Source: Neoechinorhynchus agilis
Lineage: Eukaryota; Animalia; Acanthocephala
NCBI GenBank assembly: GCA_051530055.1
Contig: CM121342.1
Coordinates: 16,197,480 to 16,261,479 of the forward strand
Direction of reading: 5' to 3'
DNA length: 64,000 nt
The notes under the pieces are model-generated. The model did no database searches. It saw only the letters and a program-made list of their open reading frames with translations, and was not told the DNA's origin. Made by a program: the position numbers and the translations under genes. Shown here in pieces: positions 60,114 to 64,000 of the stretch; position 1 is the first letter of the stretch, and the number at the start of each line of letters is the position of its first letter.

Positions 60114-61131
60114 CAATGTCTAAAACTCTTAATGGACGACCTTGAGCGTTGCGTTACATGTGTAGAAGGTGATCGGATATAATCAAAAGTCCGTTCACAC
60201 AGTGATCCCTCAATAAAGTTCAAATTAAAATCAAGAATTAAAAGTCTTGCTGGTGTAGAATAGCTGAAAGGTCTTAAAAAAGTTCCGTCAGTTATTTATT
60301 TGGTTTCTGATTTAAATTCCTTTCCACTACCCAACATGTAAATCTTTAACGTACAATATTCAATTTCACGCTTTCAAAATAAACTTGTAGTCACAATTTA
60401 TAAAAGTAAATAAAAATCAGATCAGTGAAACAAAATCTTGGAAGTCGTGTATAATGGCTAAATCTACGTTAAACAAAAAACGACCGAGACCTTAAAATAA
60501 TTAATTTTTTTTAATCCCAAGCAGTACAAGGCATAAATGTCTCGTAAATTGCCTGCTTTAGGCACTTTGGAAATATTCGAAGCAGGTGAGTTTGCCAAAA
60601 AAACAACCTAATAATAAAAATTTAAATATGAAAGGTTTATTTAACAATAGGGACGAAGTGATGCATAGAGATGTTTTTAATTAAACTGTAGAGTTCATAG
60701 TTGCAAAAACGGATGCAATGAAAAGGTTGTAAATTGATAAGTTTCCATTTTTTATACGTGTACAAGTGTTCAGAAGATAGCTGAGTTATGAGACTAAATA
60801 ATGAAGAGACTTCTAAAATAGTGAAAATATCTAGGGAACGTGATTATTTGTAATTTTTCTGAAGACGAAAAATATTTGAGCATAAAATGTATAGGACCAT
60901 TTAAAGCAAATATGAAGATTCATGGTTCACGAGGAACGAAGGTTTATGTTCAAACAGCATAAATTATTGAGGAACCAGTGAATTTCACAGAATAAAATGC
61001 ATCGACCTGCTCATAAACTTTCCTATGGAGCATTTACTATACAATCTGAGCGGCCGTGAATCACGCTCTTACTCTCTCTCTAAGGAAATTCTAGGGTGCA
61101 CTAGAGCGCACAAAGTAAGTGTATCCTTCGA

Positions 61132-61638
61132 ATGGAGAACAAATTATTCCAAGATGGCGTAGTGGCCTATTATGACACCCGGAAAATCAAGAGGTCGGAT
61201 AACGCTCAACAGATTTCAGTGCCTATATTTAAAAACGGAAATGTCGTCAAGTGGACAATGAAGTCCAGAAATCAATCGACGGGAGATCAAATGACAGCGA
61301 AGCTTGAAAGTGCTAAAAAGAAAGTTACTTTCACCGAAACACCAAAGGCTATAGATAATCTAACATACATGCAGCAATCAAAAATAGAAACGAATGTCCG
61401 AGGTGCAAAATCCGTGGAACACGAGAGCCCGATATCAGTAAGGGGAAGAAAAGAGCTTGAAATGCGATCAGATCAAAGTAGATATGTGAAGGACGGAACC
61501 ACTCAAACGGCTAACATCAATGATTTAAAAGCAAATGCGCAATCCATTACCAATTATGCCCAAGTGAAGGATGATGTAGGATACGATGATTCAGAAGGAA
61601 ATTCGGGTTATCTAGCGAGCATTCCAAACGCTCTATGA
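61132..61638 (+). CDS. Hypothetical hydrophilic protein
   Basis: 168-codon ORF in AT-rich DNA; no motif recognised. Confidence 0.4.
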   Translation: MENKLFQDGVVAYYDTRKIKRSDNAQQISVPIFKNGNVVKWTMKSRNQSTGDQMTAKLESAKKKVTFTETPKAIDNLTYMQQSKIETNVRGAKSVEHESPISVRGRKELEMRSDQSRYVKDGTTQTANINDLKANAQSITNYAQVKDDVGYDDSEGNSGYLASIPNAL

Positions 61639-62149
61639 TCATCATTTCACTTTTAGCTAATTGATAATTATTTATCCGAACTTCCCAATGGTTATCACCC
61701 TTCTATTTAACGCTGAATGGCTATTCTTTTTACTTCCCGTCCTTATGGCTAGTCATGCTCCAAGTCACAATTCTGCCTAGAATAAAGTAGTGACCAATGC
61801 GCTAAGGGCTTTCTCGGTTTTAATAAAGACTGCCACTAATACCACTAACATAGTTTGGGCACTGTGAAAATAACGCTTACGAAGGCAGTTTCTAAGCCGA
61901 GCAAATATCCAGGAAGAGAATTGGACTAAAGATAGGCGCTCCGGATCTTTAATGGCAAAACTTTGTTGTACCCCGTTTGCGGTCCTTGCATACAAGTGGA
62001 AATGATCGTCTTTAAACATGAAAGTATTCAGACCACGAATTGTGACAGAGCATGTTAAAACGAAAAATTTGGTACCAAAACATCAAATCGATAATTCGGG
62101 CTACAGTCATGAAGAAGGTATGCTTAGAAAATTGAATTTTAGTTCTTAG

Positions 62150-62708
62150 TCTTTGAGGTGATGATTGTGACAACGATCATCAAAATAGAACACCTTACAA
62201 ACAACCTCCGACAATTTCGTACCTGAGTCAGAATAAGTCGGCAATAGGGACCGAATGTAAGCTTGTTTTTCCTTCTTGCCTACATATTCTTGGTGTTCCC
62301 ATGAGTGTAGATCCAGAAACGTCTGAAACACTGGATATGAGACATCGGGCAACTGAACCAATTAAACTTGTTAATGCTGACTCGATTGAAAACTCTAATT
62401 TAACCGGATATTCCGTCAACTATAAGGGCAGCAGTGTTGCAAAACCACCTCAAATCAATCCATTTTTGAACGAAATCAAAGTAATTAAGAACGAACCGCT
62501 AGTAACCGACATCAATCTGCTTTATCCGGATATAAACAAAGACGATACATTTGTTGGAGTGAACCACCAGTTCGAAAATGCATTTGATAAATCTCATCAC
62601 TCGCATGACGACAGTCAGTTGGACACATTTAACCAATTTTTTAATGAGCACCAAAGTACGAGTTCGAGAAATATATTTAAACGGTTCAAAAATTGCCAAC
62701 TGCAATAA
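62150..62708 (+). CDS. Hypothetical spliced protein fragment (boundaries unresolved)
   Basis: Open frame from ~62163 to 62708 with a candidate intron gtaagc...gtgtag (~62257-62308); no family recognised. Confidence 0.3.
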
Positions 62709-63517
62709 ACGGAAACTTCATTTTTGTCACTAATCTAAGATAAATACGGCTTTAATGTTTGTTGTGCAGCAAGGAACCACTAGCCCTGTAAATGGGAATT
62801 ATTTTTTAAAGAACTTCCAAAAGGTCACATACTCGGGGCTATGTGGGCACGAAATTCGATTGGCATTCGAATCAGAGAAATTGCTATTTCGGCAAAAAAT
62901 GGTTAATTCGATGGCGAAGACTTAAGTGCTGCTAAAATAAGAAATTATCAACGATTTGAAATACAATTCGTATGAAAATTGTACGGATCAGCTACAATAC
63001 TCACTTATTGTCACGTTAACTCCTTTCAGGATGATGAACTTTCAGAGACTGTAGTAAAAAGGGAACAAATAGCAGGGTCGTGTTCAAAAGGTTTAAAAGG
63101 CTCCCGGCCATGTAGCCAATTTACAGAAAACTTGTTCGATTTGCGAAAATTGAATAGTTTGCAATAAGTACGAATACTTTAATAGTTAAATTGCTGCAGA
63201 AGTATGAAGCGTGTTCTAAACCCAATACTTCATCAAGATTATTGAAAAAACAAGGAAATATCAACGAGAACTGCCAGTTCGATCGGAAATCCACGAAACC
63301 ACCATTTAATGCAGAAGAATGTGTTGCTCTTTAAAATCAACTTCTATTCATTGAACCGGAAACGATGTAAATTGCACATTGGCCCCGTTGCAATAACAAT
63401 GATCACGCTGATTTATTGATTTCTTCTAATTATTGTCGAATCTTTGGGATTTTGGACTCAAAGATTATTTTAACTCCTTGGTTTCACCAATTTCATTAAG
63501 TATTTTAAGATCTAGAC

Positions 63518-63956
63518 ATGCGGTATCCTCGAAATATGTAAGGTACTTTGAATGTCGATTCAAAAAGTATTCAGTTCAAATAATTCAGCAATTTTCTTTA
63601 TCTGAACAAGACTCCTCGATACCCGCTGTGGCAACCCAATGATCCACGGCATCGCTTATTTCTTCCTCAATTCTGGATGCGTTTAATGAGTGGCCGACAT
63701 TTGGATAATAATCCGCTGCCACCTTTTACATTGACAATGGAGTGTCATATTGAGATGACCAAATCGGATATCAAACAGTATCTCGAGAAGATCTATAACA
63801 TTGGCGTCTTGGACGTTAACACGGAAATAGTAGCAGGTTAGCTTTTTGACTCTAACACCACCCTAAGGTTAAGGTTTTACAGGCAAAGAAAATCGTAACC
63901 CGCGTGGAGGATTCGCTCCACCGGACAATCCACGTAAATTCGCTTATGTTCAATTG
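63518..63956 (+). CDS. MRPL23: Mitochondrial ribosomal protein uL23m (partial; continues past the window end)
   Basis: Spliced MRYPRNI|NFLYLNKTPRYPLWQPNDPRHRLFLPQFWMRL..EMTKSDIKQYLEKIYNIGVLDVNTEIVA|GKENR..RKFAYVQL; introns 63538-63588 and 63837-63882. Confidence 0.88.
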
Positions 63957-64000
63957 GTGAGTAAGGGAATTACATTAGTAGTGATCGTTCCTGGAGTCTC

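Overview
This is eukaryotic DNA, almost certainly from a compact-genome animal: AT-rich, with GT-AG introns mostly 41-58 nt long. It is not a prokaryotic locus, and no CRISPR array, rRNA or convincing tRNA is visible. Recognisable host genes are CENP-S, NRDE2, an Elongin-B-like ubiquitin-fold gene, VPS15/PIK3R4 (with NF-YB nested antisense in an intron), a neuronal calcium sensor, a KLHL10-like kelch gene, acyl-protein thioesterase (LYPLA), RAE1 and MRPL23. There are also several orphan ORFs. Decayed retroelements are interspersed: CRE-clade RLE non-LTR copies, CR1/L2-like LINEs, an RTE LINE, a Penelope-like cluster and an internally deleted Ty3/gypsy element. The most striking structures are: (1) a ~6 kb array of ~25.6 copies of a 233-bp unit cut from the gypsy gag zinc-knuckle/protease junction; (2) a splice-acceptor AG at or within 8 nt of the start codon in about 11 genes, together with tightly packed co-oriented and nested genes, which suggests spliced-leader trans-splicing or polycistronic transcription (inference); (3) seven mostly unrelated 125-190 bp fold-back hairpins; (4) short insertions with 11-21 bp target duplications inside CRE copies. 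All identifications come from manual motif recognition, with no database search, so exon coordinates are approximate unless stated.
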